Positions 1 through 10,814 of a stretch of DNA of 64,000 nt are shown here, piece by piece. The notes beneath the pieces were generated by a model, which saw only the letters and a program-made list of their open reading frames with translations, made no database searches and was not told the origin of the DNA. Source of the DNA: Coraliomargarita sp. (lineage in GTDB: Bacteria; Verrucomicrobiota; Verrucomicrobiia; Opitutales; Coraliomargaritaceae). The translations under genes were made by a program, and so were the position numbers. Within the stretch, counting starts at the first letter, position 1. Each line of letters opens with the position of its first letter. Where the stretch lies: assembly GCA_965216325.1 (NCBI GenBank), contig OZ244160.1, positions 1,184,001-1,248,000 on the forward strand, read 5' to 3'.

Positions 1-3
1 ACT

Positions 4-1305
4 GTGAAGAAGCTAGCAACCGGACTAAGCCGTTACCTGACGATGGCTTGCTCGATGCTCGCGATGCTCTGTATCGCTGGCTGTGACTTAAATACCCGAA
101 TGTCCACGTTCCGGACAAACGGCCCTATTGCTGAAGAACAATACAAGCTGTTCATGCTGACTGTCTGGGTCACGCTTGGCATCTTTATCGTGGTAGGCGG
201 CGTGTATCTGTTCGCGGTAATCAAGTTCCGCGAACGTCCGAACGATGACCGCCCGCTGCCCTCACAGGGCCACGGTAACCCCTTGGTTGAAATTGGTCTG
301 ATCGGTATTTCGATCCTATTGCTGGTCATTATCGCAGTGCCGACGCTTAGAGCAATTTGGTATACGCACGATACCCCTGAAGATCCTCAAAGCTACCTCG
401 GCGCATGGTATGGCGGCGACGAACTGAACGAGGAAAACGCCGAGGAAGTGCTGACGATTCGCGTCATCGGTTATCAGTGGTGGTGGGAATTCGAATACCC
501 ACAACTGGGCATCACCACTGCAAATGAAATGATCATCCCTGCCGTTAAGGCGATTCACTTGGAGCTTCGCTCCGTCGACGTAATCCACTCATTCTGGTTA
601 CCACGTATTGCGGGTAAGGTGGACTTGATACCGGGGCGTGCCAATGCGATGTGGATCCAAGCAGGTGACAGCCTCGAAGCATGGCAGGCCAAGAACCCGG
701 ATGCCGACGAGCAAGCCTACCAAAGCTATCTGGAAGAGGACATATACAATTACTACTATGGTCAATGTGCTGAGTATTGCGGCGATTCGCACGCACGTAT
801 GCTCTTCCGTGCGACAGTCGTCAGCGATGAGGACTTCGAAAACTGGGTCGTCGACCACAAGGCCGGTCACGAAACTCCAGATGGCAAGAGCTGGGATGAC
901 TGGTATAAAGCCAACGGCGAGAATCCAGATCAGTTAACTGGCGACGCCAACGAAGGCCTTAAGCTCTTCATGGGCCGTGCTAAGTGCTCAACCTGCCACA
1001 CGGTTACTGGCAATCCACGTGCGCTCGGTGTCGCAGGCCCGGATCTCACGAACCTGTCCGAGCGTTATTCCATTGCTGCTGGCTGGTTGAACCACCGCAA
1101 CGAGGACGGCACCATCAACGAACAGCAGCAATACGACAACTACGTGAAGTGGCTCAAGGAGACCGACGTCGTGAAGCCTGGTAATCTGATGTGGAAAGCC
1201 AACGGCGGCGGCATCGGCGAGCTGATCGATAATGATGGCAACCCTGCCCTTTTGACTGACGAGGAGATCCATCAACTCGCTACCTATTTGCAAACTCTTA
1301 AGTAA
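4..1305 (+). CDS. ctaC: Cytochrome c oxidase subunit II with fused C-terminal cytochrome c (caa3 type), lipoprotein
   Basis: GYQWWWEF, DVIHSFW and CuA motif CAEYCGDSHARM; heme motif CSTCH; lipobox IAGC. True start may be a downstream ATG. Confidence 0.95.
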   Translation: MKKLATGLSRYLTMACSMLAMLCIAGCDLNTRMSTFRTNGPIAEEQYKLFMLTVWVTLGIFIVVGGVYLFAVIKFRERPNDDRPLPSQGHGNPLVEIGLIGISILLLVIIAVPTLRAIWYTHDTPEDPQSYLGAWYGGDELNEENAEEVLTIRVIGYQWWWEFEYPQLGITTANEMIIPAVKAIHLELRSVDVIHSFWLPRIAGKVDLIPGRANAMWIQAGDSLEAWQAKNPDADEQAYQSYLEEDIYNYYYGQCAEYCGDSHARMLFRATVVSDEDFENWVVDHKAGHETPDGKSWDDWYKANGENPDQLTGDANEGLKLFMGRAKCSTCHTVTGNPRALGVAGPDLTNLSERYSIAAGWLNHRNEDGTINEQQQYDNYVKWLKETDVVKPGNLMWKANGGGIGELIDNDGNPALLTDEEIHQLATYLQTLK

Positions 1306-1314
1306 GCCCGACAC

Positions 1315-3291
1315 ATGAGCACGGTTACCGAACAACCTACCAAAGAATCAACCCACCACGAGTTGAAGCCTGAGCGCAGCAACCTCGGCTTACTTCGCCC
1401 CGACCACAGCGAAAAGACTTGGATCAGCTGGCTGACGACTGTCGACCACAAGAAGATCGGCCTGATGTATGGCGCGATCGCTCTGCTGTTCCTACTGATC
1501 GGGGGTGTTGAAGCGCTGATTATCCGCACCCAGCTCGCGATTCCCGAGAATGACCTGATTTCAGCTGAACGCTATAATCAGCTCTTCACCATGCACGGCA
1601 CCACGATGATCTTCCTCGCGGTCATGCCATTGAATGCGGCCTTTTTCAATTTCCTCGTGCCACTGCAAATCGGCGCGCGCGACGTGGCCTTCCCCCGCAT
1701 TAACAGCTTCAGTCTCTGGGCGTTTGTAGCGGGTGCCTTGGTGATCAACTTTGGCTGGGTGCTCGAAGCACTGGAAATGATGGGCTTGTTCAAGGCATCG
1801 GGTCCAACCGCCGGTATGGACGATTTCGTGCCGTCGATGGGCTGGTTCGGTTATGCGCCAATTACCGGCAAAGAGTTTACCGGTGCGGGCACCGACTTCT
1901 GGATCATGGGCCTGCAGATTCTGGGTGTGGCCTCATTGACCGCAGCGATGAATTTCGTAGTCACCATCGTCAATATGCGCGCTCCGGGGATGAAGATGAT
2001 GCGCATGCCGGTGTTCACTTGGATGACTCTGGTCGTTTCCCTCCTCATCATTTTCGCGTTCCCTGCAATCACGATTGCCTTGGCGCAGCTGATGTTCGAC
2101 CGCCTGTTCGGCACCAGCTTCTTCTCAGTTGCTGGAGGTGGTCAGCCAATCCTTTGGCAGCACTTGTTCTGGATCTTCGGACACCCGGAAGTATACATCC
2201 TCGTGCTTCCGGCGATGGGTATCGTCTCGGAAGTGCTCCCGACCTTTTCTAAGAAGCCACTGTTCGGCTATGCGATCGTCGTGTTCTCGGGTGCGGTTAT
2301 TGGTTTCCTTGGTTTCGCGGTTTGGTCGCACCATATGTTCACCACAGGTCTCGGCAAGGTAGCCACCGCTGCCTTCTCGCTGTTAACTATGGCAATTGCG
2401 GTGCCGACCGGTGTTAAGATTTTCAACTGGGTCGGCACGCTGTGGGGCGGCCGCGTGCGCTTTGACGCTCCCATGATCTTCTCCCTCGGCTTTGTGTGGA
2501 TGTTTATGATGGGCGGCTTCTCTGGCATCATGCACTCCTCAGCACCAGCGGACGCACAGCAGCAGGATAGTTACTTCGTCATCGCACACTTTCACTATGT
2601 CGCGATTGGCGGCATCTTCCTGGCAATTGTATCGGGCATCTACTTCTGGTTGCCCAAAATGATTGGTAAGATGTGGAAGGGGAAGCTCAGCATCTGGGTC
2701 GCAGTCTTCTCGACCATCGGCCTGAACGTAACCTTCTTCCCGATGCACTTCCTCGGTCTGCTCGGTATGCCGCGCCGCACACACACTTACCTCGAAGGCT
2801 TTGGCTGGGAGACGTACAACATGGTCTGCACCATTGGTGCCTACATCTTAGCATTTGGCATCTTGTTGCTCGTGGTCGACATCGTTCGTCTCTTCAAGAG
2901 TGGTGAGCCTGCGGGTAATGATCCATGGGATGCACGAACGCTCGAATGGGCAACCACCTCCCCACCTCAAGTTTATAACTTTGGTCGCACACCAATCATC
3001 CACGCGCGCGATGCGCTCTGGGAGCACAAACACGGACCGGAGAACCGCCGTATTGATTACGAGGAGGACGACGGCCACGGCGTGCACATGCCAAGTAATT
3101 CATGGATGCCCGTCATCGCCTCTCTGGGTTTTGTGCCACTCGGGTTAGGCCTCTCACTCATGCAGGCCGGCATTCCTTATCTGGGATACGTCGCGATTGC
3201 AGGACTGATCACCATCGCAGTTGGCATTGCCCTCTGGGCACTCGAAGGCCCCGGTGGATTCCATCTCCATCCGGAAGAAGACGAAGCCTAA
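1315..3291 (+). CDS. ctaD: Cytochrome c oxidase subunit I (A1 type)
   Basis: TVDHKKIG, TMHGTTM, FWIFGHPEVY, WSHHMF, AHFHY, GMPRR; two extra C-terminal TM helices as in Bacillus-type caa3. Confidence 0.97.
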   Translation: MSTVTEQPTKESTHHELKPERSNLGLLRPDHSEKTWISWLTTVDHKKIGLMYGAIALLFLLIGGVEALIIRTQLAIPENDLISAERYNQLFTMHGTTMIFLAVMPLNAAFFNFLVPLQIGARDVAFPRINSFSLWAFVAGALVINFGWVLEALEMMGLFKASGPTAGMDDFVPSMGWFGYAPITGKEFTGAGTDFWIMGLQILGVASLTAAMNFVVTIVNMRAPGMKMMRMPVFTWMTLVVSLLIIFAFPAITIALAQLMFDRLFGTSFFSVAGGGQPILWQHLFWIFGHPEVYILVLPAMGIVSEVLPTFSKKPLFGYAIVVFSGAVIGFLGFAVWSHHMFTTGLGKVATAAFSLLTMAIAVPTGVKIFNWVGTLWGGRVRFDAPMIFSLGFVWMFMMGGFSGIMHSSAPADAQQQDSYFVIAHFHYVAIGGIFLAIVSGIYFWLPKMIGKMWKGKLSIWVAVFSTIGLNVTFFPMHFLGLLGMPRRTHTYLEGFGWETYNMVCTIGAYILAFGILLLVVDIVRLFKSGEPAGNDPWDARTLEWATTSPPQVYNFGRTPIIHARDALWEHKHGPENRRIDYEEDDGHGVHMPSNSWMPVIASLGFVPLGLGLSLMQAGIPYLGYVAIAGLITIAVGIALWALEGPGGFHLHPEEDEA

Positions 3292-3327
3292 TTGCACTCA
3301 AACTTTCACCTCCACTTTCACTCTAGA

Positions 3328-3954
3328 ATGTCTGACGCAGCAACTGCCCACCACGACAACGGCCATCACAGCTTGATGGTGAACAACAAGAAACTACTCA
3401 TGTGGTTGTTTCTCGGTTCCGACTGCATGTTCTTCGGCACCCTGATTTCGACCCACCTGATTTACCGTAAACTCTACCCCTCGGAGTATGATCCAACGAC
3501 GATCTTCGCCTTGGAGCTGACGTCGTTCTCAACCTTCATCCTGCTGATGAGCTCCTTCTTGATGGCGCTTGCTGTATCAGCCATGCACAAGGGCGAACTA
3601 AAGAGCTTCAGACGTAATGTAATCGGAGTTATTTTCTTCGGCCTGATTTTCCTAGGCTGCCAAGTCTTTGAATTTGCCGAATTCGTCCACAAGGGACTCA
3701 CGCTGGAGTCCGGGACCTTTGGATCAACCTTCTTTGTTCTGACGGGAACGCACGGGGTGCACGTTGCCATTGGTATCTTCTGGTTGGTCTGTATGCTGTT
3801 CTATTCCCACAGCGGCAAGATGGACCCTCACGAAAGTGCGGTGGATGTTGAAGTCGCAGGCCTTTACTGGCACTTTGTGGATATTGTCTGGATTATCATT
3901 TTCACCGCAATCTACTTGATTGAATTCATCGGAAAAGCAGGAGGAGCCCACTAA
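3328..3954 (+). CDS. ctaE: Cytochrome c oxidase subunit III (short form)
   Basis: [34 protein letters not shown] at 3328 preferred to TTG at 3292. Confidence 0.95.
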   Translation: MSDAATAHHDNGHHSLMVNNKKLLMWLFLGSDCMFFGTLISTHLIYRKLYPSEYDPTTIFALELTSFSTFILLMSSFLMALAVSAMHKGELKSFRRNVIGVIFFGLIFLGCQVFEFAEFVHKGLTLESGTFGSTFFVLTGTHGVHVAIGIFWLVCMLFYSHSGKMDPHESAVDVEVAGLYWHFVDIVWIIIFTAIYLIEFIGKAGGAH

Positions 3955-3955
3955 T

Positions 3956-4312
3956 ATGACTGACGCAGCACTCGACGTCCCCATGCCAGACTCCCACAAA
4001 GAGGAGGAAACCAAGCGTTATCACGCATTCGTCAATCTAGCACTGATTCTTGCTGCCGTAACCGGAGTAGAGCTGGTGCTGGTTTACCTGCCCACATTCT
4101 TCTCAATCCCGTTTGTCTCGACGGTATTGATCACCCTTTCGCTGTTCAAGTTTGTCGCAGTTATCGCATGGTTCATGCACCTGATCTACGATAAGTTGCT
4201 ACTGACACTGGCCTTTGGGACGGGACTCTCCATTGCAACCGGCACTGTCATCGCACTGATGTTCATCTTCTCGCCAGGGGACGTCGCCCCCCCCGAAATC
4301 CCTGGAATGTAA
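3956..4312 (+). CDS. ctaF: Cytochrome c oxidase subunit IV family protein
   Basis: Three TM helices, [12 protein letters not shown] motif, directly after subunit III. Confidence 0.85.
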   Translation: MTDAALDVPMPDSHKEEETKRYHAFVNLALILAAVTGVELVLVYLPTFFSIPFVSTVLITLSLFKFVAVIAWFMHLIYDKLLLTLAFGTGLSIATGTVIALMFIFSPGDVAPPEIPGM

Positions 4313-4324
4313 GCAATGAAAAGT

Positions 4325-4353
4325 AAAAGCGGCATATCTTGCCGCTTTTTTTT
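4325..4353 (+). terminator. Intrinsic terminator after the oxidase structural genes
   Basis: aaaagcggca-tatct-tgccgctttt followed by a T run. Confidence 0.8.
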
Positions 4354-4431
4354 CTCTAAAACAGTGAATCGGTCGTTTCGACTTTGTCAGACTTGCCTTA
4401 GGCTCACCAGCAGGCTTTGATCCCTGCGCTC

Positions 4432-5232
4432 ATGCAATTTCACTGGCATACCGAACCCCTGCTCCTGATTACGATCCTGTCTGTCGGCTGGTTGTATGCG
4501 CTTGGGGTGGGCCCAATACGTAGTCGAATTGCTCCGGAGGCAGTCTTTCCGACTGCCAGAGTTTGCTGCTTCTATTTGGGACTGATCATCGTCTATTTGG
4601 CGGTGGGCTCTCCACTGGATCAGATTGGTGAGCAATTTCTCTTCAGTGCCCACATGGCGCAGCATATGCTACTCATTTACTTAGCACCCTTGTTCTTTTT
4701 CATCGGTACCCCAAGCTGGCTAATTGACTGGCTGCTTAAGCCCGAAGCCACACGCAAGACTTTCAGTGTGCTGACACACCCCGCCTGCGGAGGACTGCTC
4801 TTCACCTTCGTCTATACTGTCTGGCACGTTCCAGCCCTATACGAGGCTGCTTTGCACGACAAACGGATCCACGTGTTGGAGCATTGGACGATGTTTTCGC
4901 TCGGCACTCTGATGCTCTGGCCCTTTCTCACGACATCCACTCGTGTGCCGCGTCGCAGTTATCGCCTACGTATGGTCGCCATCTTTCTGCTGATGGTTGG
5001 TCAATTACCTGTATTTGCCTTCCTCTCCTTCGCAGGTGATGCCATCTACCCGACTTATGTCTGGGCACCACGTATCATCGATTTAGATCCGCTAAACGAT
5101 CAGATCCTTGGGGGGATTATTATGAAAGTGGTTAATATGGGCTTCTCGCTGACCATTCTGGGAGCCTGCTTCTACTTCTGGGCAAAAAGTGAAGAAAATG
5201 ACGATCCCGAGATTGCACACGCCCTGTCATGA
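4432..5232 (+). CDS. ctaG: caa3-type cytochrome c oxidase assembly factor CtaG
   Basis: [36 protein letters not shown]. Confidence 0.9.
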   Translation: MQFHWHTEPLLLITILSVGWLYALGVGPIRSRIAPEAVFPTARVCCFYLGLIIVYLAVGSPLDQIGEQFLFSAHMAQHMLLIYLAPLFFFIGTPSWLIDWLLKPEATRKTFSVLTHPACGGLLFTFVYTVWHVPALYEAALHDKRIHVLEHWTMFSLGTLMLWPFLTTSTRVPRRSYRLRMVAIFLLMVGQLPVFAFLSFAGDAIYPTYVWAPRIIDLDPLNDQILGGIIMKVVNMGFSLTILGACFYFWAKSEENDDPEIAHALS

Positions 5233-5266
5233 TTGTTAAACCTTATCGATCCTGTATTTATAATCG

Positions 5267-7084
5267 ATGACTTGGGAAATTTGTTTTGTCTATGGACTGC
5301 TGATCTTTGCGATCGGTAGCTTCATTTGGGAAAAGATCTCTGCGGATCTGACTTCGTTAACCGTCTTTGGTGTGCTCATTTTCGTCAGCATGCTGATTGA
5401 TGGCACCGACCTGCCGACCTTAGACCAAACCCTCAACGTCTTCAGTAATTCGGCCCCGATCACGATTGCAGGGATGTTCATTGTCAGCTCCGCTCTGGAG
5501 CGGACGGGTGCAATTGATCTCATTACCAGCTACTTGCGTAGCCTCACAACGCTTCCCTATAAAGGCTTCTTGTTTGTCATGGTGATCGGAGTCGCGGGGG
5601 TTTCCGCTTTCGTGAACAATACACCGGTTGTAATTGTTCTGATGCCGGTCATGCTGTCGCTTGCACGCGACATCGGAGTGCCCGCGTCGAAACTACTGAT
5701 TCCCCTCTCCTATGCTTCGATTTTCGGTGGCACCTGCACCTTGCTTGGCACGAGCACCAATCTTCTGGCCAGCGGTTTGTTGGTCGACGCCGGCCACGAA
5801 CCAATCGGCATGTTCGAACTCGCCTCGGTTGGTGTGCCCATTCTGTTTTTCGGCAGCATCTATTTAGTGCTGTTTGGTAACAAGCTCATCCCGCGACGTG
5901 AGACACTGACTTCGATTCTCAGCGATGAAGAGCGCAAGGAGTTCATGACGGAGGCCTTTGTCCGAACCGACTCCGAACTCGTTGGCCAAACCGCCAGAGA
6001 GAGCAATATGCTTAAAGGCCGCGGCATTCGTCTCTTGGAAATCGTGCGCCATGGTGTGGCTGTAAAAGGTAACCCGTCGAAGATCGCGCTTGAGGCTGGC
6101 GACCGTCTTGTCCTGGCCTGCCGACCATCGGGAGTCGCTGAAGCGAACTCAATGAAGGGCCTCGATATCGGTGGTGACCTATCTGACGGCCTCGAGACGA
6201 TTGTTACCGATGAAGGTGCACTCGTCGAAGGTGTCGTCGCACCGCATGCCACGATTGCAGGTATGACTTTGGGCGAGATTAACTTCCGTCAGCGCTTCCG
6301 TATGGTTGTCGTCGCGGTGCACCGTAAAGGTCAAAACCAACGTGAACGCCTCGACACTCTGCGCCTTCAAGAAGGTGACACCCTGTTGATGATGGGTTCG
6401 ACCAAGGCGATCGATTCGCTGGCAAACAGTGATGAAATCATCATCCTCGATCGTCCGCGCGTGCCCGCTCGCAGCGTGCGCGCAAAGATGCCCATTGCGA
6501 TCGGCACTGCCGTCGGCATCGTTACCATGGCGACCATCAATTTGGTGCCGATTGTCGCAGCAGTTTCACTTGGCGTTGCGGTCTTACTGGTCACTGGCTG
6601 CTTGAAAGCCAAGGACGCCTACGCCTCGATTGAGTGGAGTATCTTAATGATTATTTTCGGCATGCTCGCACTTGGGCAAGCAATGGACTCCACCGGAGCC
6701 AGTTTGATGATCGCCGAAACCATGACTGGTTTAGTCAATTCCTTTGCCCCAGAGGAGTATCAGCTGATTTTGATGCTCACGCTGATCTACTTCATCACCT
6801 CAGTCTTCACCGAGTTTCTCTCCAATAATGCTGCCGTGGCCCTCATGGTACCGATTGCCCTTGGTATCGCAGCAACTCTAGGCGTCGATCCACGCCCGTT
6901 TGTAGTCGGCACCTGTATCGCAGCCTCAGCAAGTTTCGCAACACCGATTGGTTATCAGACCAACACCTATGTGTATGGTGTGGGTGGTTACCGCTTTGCC
7001 GACTTCACCAAGGTTGGCCTACCGCTGAACATCGTCTGCTTGATCGTAACGGTAGTCGTCGTGCCACGCATTTGGGCGTTCTAG
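5267..7084 (+). CDS. SLC13/DASS family di-/tricarboxylate or sulfate transporter with two TrkA-C domains
   Basis: [48 protein letters not shown]; central soluble TrkA-C-like region. Confidence 0.9.
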   Translation: MTWEICFVYGLLIFAIGSFIWEKISADLTSLTVFGVLIFVSMLIDGTDLPTLDQTLNVFSNSAPITIAGMFIVSSALERTGAIDLITSYLRSLTTLPYKGFLFVMVIGVAGVSAFVNNTPVVIVLMPVMLSLARDIGVPASKLLIPLSYASIFGGTCTLLGTSTNLLASGLLVDAGHEPIGMFELASVGVPILFFGSIYLVLFGNKLIPRRETLTSILSDEERKEFMTEAFVRTDSELVGQTARESNMLKGRGIRLLEIVRHGVAVKGNPSKIALEAGDRLVLACRPSGVAEANSMKGLDIGGDLSDGLETIVTDEGALVEGVVAPHATIAGMTLGEINFRQRFRMVVVAVHRKGQNQRERLDTLRLQEGDTLLMMGSTKAIDSLANSDEIIILDRPRVPARSVRAKMPIAIGTAVGIVTMATINLVPIVAAVSLGVAVLLVTGCLKAKDAYASIEWSILMIIFGMLALGQAMDSTGASLMIAETMTGLVNSFAPEEYQLILMLTLIYFITSVFTEFLSNNAAVALMVPIALGIAATLGVDPRPFVVGTCIAASASFATPIGYQTNTYVYGVGGYRFADFTKVGLPLNIVCLIVTVVVVPRIWAF

Positions 7085-7298
7085 TACGCAATAACTAGAG
7101 CGATTAAATTGGGGTGGCCTTTCCTTAGTAATAACAGTCACAGATTCCGAATGTGATATAGTTCTATCGAATTTAAGCCATCCTACTGGCGACTAGAAGG
7201 GAGACCTCTTCGCGACGACTTCCACAGTATCGCCGCCAAAATCAGCATAAAAAAAATCCCGCAGGGCTAATCTCCAAGCAGGATTAAATGCCATTCAA

Positions 7299-7374
7299 TG
7301 GAGCCGAAAATCGGATTCGAACCGACGACCTACTCATTACGAATGAGTTGCTCTGCCAACTGAGCTATTTCGGC
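7299..7374 (-). tRNA. tRNA-Thr(CGT)
   Basis: Reverse complement GCCGAAATAGCTCAGTTGGCAGAGCA-ACTCA-TTCGTAA-TGAGT-AGGTC-GTCGG-TTCGAAT-CCGAT-TTTCGGC-T-CCA forms a full cloverleaf. Confidence 0.96.
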
Positions 7375-7387
7375 GTACCAGAAAAGC

Positions 7388-7762
7388 TTACTTTTCCCAG
7401 TCAAGAGCGCCCTTCTTGTATTCGTATGCGAGGCCGAACACGAGGACGAAGAGGAAGAAGAAAATGGGAAGCAGAATTGGGAGGTTTGCTGCAAGGAATT
7501 CACGGAACACCATGACCCATGGGATTAGGAAAACAACTTCGATATCGAACAGGATGAAAAGCATCGCTGTCACGTAGAACTTAACCGCGAAACGAGCGTG
7601 GCCAGCGCCTTCAGCCAGCATGCCGCACTCATAAGGTGAATTCTTGATCGCGGTATCGGTGCCACGCTTTCCGAAAATATGCGAAGCCACCAAAACAACT
7701 GCGCCAATGCCACCAGCAATGCACACTTGAACGAGAATCGGATAATAGTCCGCGATTTCCAT
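7388..7762 (-). CDS. nuoA: NADH-quinone oxidoreductase subunit A
   Basis: KNSPYECG, KFYVTAMLFILFDIEVVFL, YEYKKGALDW. Confidence 0.95.
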   Translation of the reverse strand: MEIADYYPILVQVCIAGGIGAVVLVASHIFGKRGTDTAIKNSPYECGMLAEGAGHARFAVKFYVTAMLFILFDIEVVFLIPWVMVFREFLAANLPILLPIFFFLFVLVFGLAYEYKKGALDWEK

Positions 7763-7820
7763 ACAGCGAAAAAGCCCCTTTTAACCTCCTAAATCAAGGC
7801 GATTTTGCAGATTTGTTCGA

Positions 7821-8885
7821 TTATTCAGCGACCAACTCGGGCTCAGCTACCTCGAATTCTATCACTTCGATCCGAATCTGCGTAGGGTCATAGACTCCAA
7901 GTCCTAGGCTCGCCGCAAAGGTAAGCTGACGCGGAAGCGGCGAAATCATCGGAAAGCCCTCCAACACACGCTTCTTGTTCATACGGTCATAGAGCAGACG
8001 ATCCAGTGCCACCGGATCCGAACTCAGCCACAGACGCGGCTCGGAACGTGTGTAGATCGAATTAAACCGAGGACCACCGATGAATTGATATTTATCCATC
8101 GGCAGCATGTGTAAAAGCATGCGCTCCTGAAGCTCGGGAATCGCGGCAATCTCGGCCACCGCTGCCGATGCTGTGGCATCATTTGCCAAAAAGCGCTGAC
8201 TATTACTCACATTCCAAAGCGTGGCATTGGCCAAAGCCCCATCAACCCCAAGCGCTTTATCATCAGCACCAGTTGGCATATTAATCCAAAAATCGACCTC
8301 GTTCAATAAGGGATACGGCAAGAAACTTTTACGCTCACGTGCCCCCTCAGCAAGTTGGCTGCTTCCGCGAACCGACGAAAACAGTTGTGGCTCCTGCTGC
8401 AGCGCAGGCGGCAAGGGGCTGTCGTAATACCAGTCCTCATCATAGTAGACCTCCTTATCGAGGGCTAATACCGGGCAACCTTCGAACTCGGGCGCTTCCC
8501 GTGAGTCAAAGGGCATAATGCCAGCTTGCCGCATCGAATAAGTCGAGTAATCCACGATTAGAATATCGCTGCGCGCATAACCCCGGCTCTCCAGCGCTTC
8601 AATCGTCGCACGAACTAACTGCAGCGGCGTAGATAAGCCACGCCCACTACGTGTATTTACCTTAAGTCCGACCTTCGCGCGCGAGCGGGGCTTCAGTTCA
8701 GTGAACATCGCGGACTCGTAAGCCTCCAGTAAGGCATCCACCTCACCATAATACAGAGATCCCTGCGCAATCGGAGCTTCCCAAACCAAGCCTGCGGGAG
8801 CCATGGGTGGCAGATCCACCGCAGGCATCTGCGCACTCAATGAAAGCCCAACCAGGCACATGAGCGCTGCGCAGACGTGTGTCAT
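7821..8885 (-). CDS. Exported DUF362-like protein
   Basis: KVGLKVN, STPLQLVRATIEAL, VDFWINMP and SSDPVALD resemble DUF362 motifs; signal-like N-terminus from ATG 8885. The longer ORF start would overlap the divergent gene. Confidence 0.6.
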   Translation of the reverse strand: MTHVCAALMCLVGLSLSAQMPAVDLPPMAPAGLVWEAPIAQGSLYYGEVDALLEAYESAMFTELKPRSRAKVGLKVNTRSGRGLSTPLQLVRATIEALESRGYARSDILIVDYSTYSMRQAGIMPFDSREAPEFEGCPVLALDKEVYYDEDWYYDSPLPPALQQEPQLFSSVRGSSQLAEGARERKSFLPYPLLNEVDFWINMPTGADDKALGVDGALANATLWNVSNSQRFLANDATASAAVAEIAAIPELQERMLLHMLPMDKYQFIGGPRFNSIYTRSEPRLWLSSDPVALDRLLYDRMNKKRVLEGFPMISPLPRQLTFAASLGLGVYDPTQIRIEVIEFEVAEPELVAE

Positions 8886-9018
8886 GCCCCCACGTTTACA
8901 ACGCTTATAAAAGGTCGCTTGCCTATCCACTTGACAGCCCCAGATGGCGCGTGAAAGTGATCTGCTAGGCCGACTTTTATTCTGATTAGCCTCCATGCAC
9001 CGCACCAAATTCATGCTC

Positions 9019-10767
9019 ATGCCGAAAGCAACCTCCAAAAGCGCATTACTCATTCTCATCTCTTTGCCTATTCTGTTGACCAGCTGCTCAGACCCAGGTG
9101 CCAAAAAAGATCAACAACTCAAAGAAGCCACCACACTCACCGACTCTGGGCAATACGATGCCGCGCTTGAATTACTGAACTTAATTGCAGCGAGCTCCCC
9201 AAACGATCCGGTGATTTTACTGAAGATGAGTGAGGTCTACGCGGCGCAAGGTGATGCAACTGCACAGGCATTTATTTTGCAACAGGTCCAAGCCCTGCGA
9301 CCGGATGATGTCGAACTGCTTTATCAAACTTACCTAGCACACAAAAAATCGAACCAAAACACCGCACCTTGGCTGGAGAAAATTGTCACAGTCTCCCCGG
9401 ATACTATGACTGCCGACATGTGGCTTGAATTGGGTGCACTACGCGCGCAAGCAGGTCAAACGCAAGCAGCACTCGACGCCTATCTCAAAGGTGTTAATGC
9501 AGACTCACCATCCCCAGAGAATGCAACTGCGATTGGTCAACTCTTTCTACAGCTCGAAAACTCGGCACAAGCCGAGCGCTGGTTCACAGTTGCAGCCGAC
9601 AGTGACGAGCCCAGTGCCCTCACCGCGCTGTTCGGCCTACTCCAGATTCATCTCAGTAACAAGAACTGGCCGGCAGCCGAGAATACGGTCGAGCAGCTCA
9701 ACACACAGTTCCCCGGTGCGATCGAAGCCAGCCAGTGGGCCGATGAGACAGCGGAGTTGAAGCGCTGGCGCCAGGCTCAAGACGCCCTGCAGGCCCAGCT
9801 CAAAAAGAAAGAGGAGGAAACAAAAGCTGCAGAGGCGAAAGCAAAGGCTGAAGCCGAAGCAGCGGCAGCTGCGGCAGCCAAGGCCGCGGAAGAAGCAAAA
9901 AAGACAGCTGAGACAGTTGAGCGAGTCACCGAAACTGCTGATGCCAAAGTCGAAGAGGACAAGCCCAGTGGCAAGACTCAGGTCATTGCAGACCTCGAAG
10001 CTGCCGAAGCCATGGCCACTGCACCTGCACTGGAAGTAGAGCCTGAAGCCGAAGAACCAAGCACTGGGTCGACCGGCACAAAGACAGTTTACGACCCAAG
10101 CATAGCGATCCAGCCAGCGGATCCCGATTTCAACGTGGAAGTCGATTTTGACCAAGAAGCAGACGGTGCGGTCGTCGACTACAACACCAATGTCTCTACA
10201 CCTGAGCTGCTTCCCGAAGAGCCAACAGTAGAGCTGATCGAAGCCCCTTCAGCAAGTGTTGAAACGACGTTCAGCACGCCGCCGTCAAATATTGCGATTG
10301 ATGATCGTGACATCGAGGCAATCCTCACAGAGGCCGGCACCGCAGAAATGGAGCGCGACTACGAACGTGCGATCCGTCTTTATTGGCAAGCGCTGGGCAA
10401 AGAGAATGACCGTGCGGATATCTGGAACCTACTTTCCCGCGCTTACTTAGTGCAGAACGAAACCAAGAACGCCGAGACAACTGCACTCGAAGCCATTCGC
10501 TTCGCACCACGTGAGGTCAACTACACGCTCGACTATCTACGCATCATCCAGCGCACAAAGAAGCCAAGCGACTTCCTCGCCGAATTGGAAACCGCTTACG
10601 ACCGTTTCCCACGCAGCCCGGAAATAGCGCTCTCCCTCGCTCGTGCCTACGAGCGTATCAGCCAGAACACTACAAGTGCTTACGCACTCTATGAGCGTTT
10701 CATCGAACTTGCTCCAGGTCATCCGTTACGCGAAGAGGCCGAAGCTGCAATGAGTCGCCTACGTTAA
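9019..10767 (+). CDS. TPR-repeat lipoprotein with Ala/Glu/Lys-rich and acidic linker
   Basis: Lipobox LTSC; helical TPR-like repeats at both ends; low-complexity centre. Start may be 8995, 9013 or 9019. Confidence 0.75.
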   Translation: MPKATSKSALLILISLPILLTSCSDPGAKKDQQLKEATTLTDSGQYDAALELLNLIAASSPNDPVILLKMSEVYAAQGDATAQAFILQQVQALRPDDVELLYQTYLAHKKSNQNTAPWLEKIVTVSPDTMTADMWLELGALRAQAGQTQAALDAYLKGVNADSPSPENATAIGQLFLQLENSAQAERWFTVAADSDEPSALTALFGLLQIHLSNKNWPAAENTVEQLNTQFPGAIEASQWADETAELKRWRQAQDALQAQLKKKEEETKAAEAKAKAEAEAAAAAAAKAAEEAKKTAETVERVTETADAKVEEDKPSGKTQVIADLEAAEAMATAPALEVEPEAEEPSTGSTGTKTVYDPSIAIQPADPDFNVEVDFDQEADGAVVDYNTNVSTPELLPEEPTVELIEAPSASVETTFSTPPSNIAIDDRDIEAILTEAGTAEMERDYERAIRLYWQALGKENDRADIWNLLSRAYLVQNETKNAETTALEAIRFAPREVNYTLDYLRIIQRTKKPSDFLAELETAYDRFPRSPEIALSLARAYERISQNTTSAYALYERFIELAPGHPLREEAEAAMSRLR

Positions 10768-10814
10768 CCTGACAACGACTCACGACACCTTAACCGCAAT
10801 TCGGAACGACCAGC

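Noticed and set aside
7085..7298. Island or att site at the tRNA-Thr 3' end
   Set aside because: No duplicated tRNA end or mobile genes; only a weak terminator-like hairpin.
7288..7515. 75-aa plus-strand ORF
   Set aside because: Overlaps tRNA-Thr and nuoA on the opposite strand.
8886..9104. Extended N-terminus of ORF 7821-9104 (and similar upstream-extended starts for parE, lgt, EVE, hipB)
   Set aside because: Extensions overlap neighbouring genes or promoters; downstream ATGs match the family N-termini.
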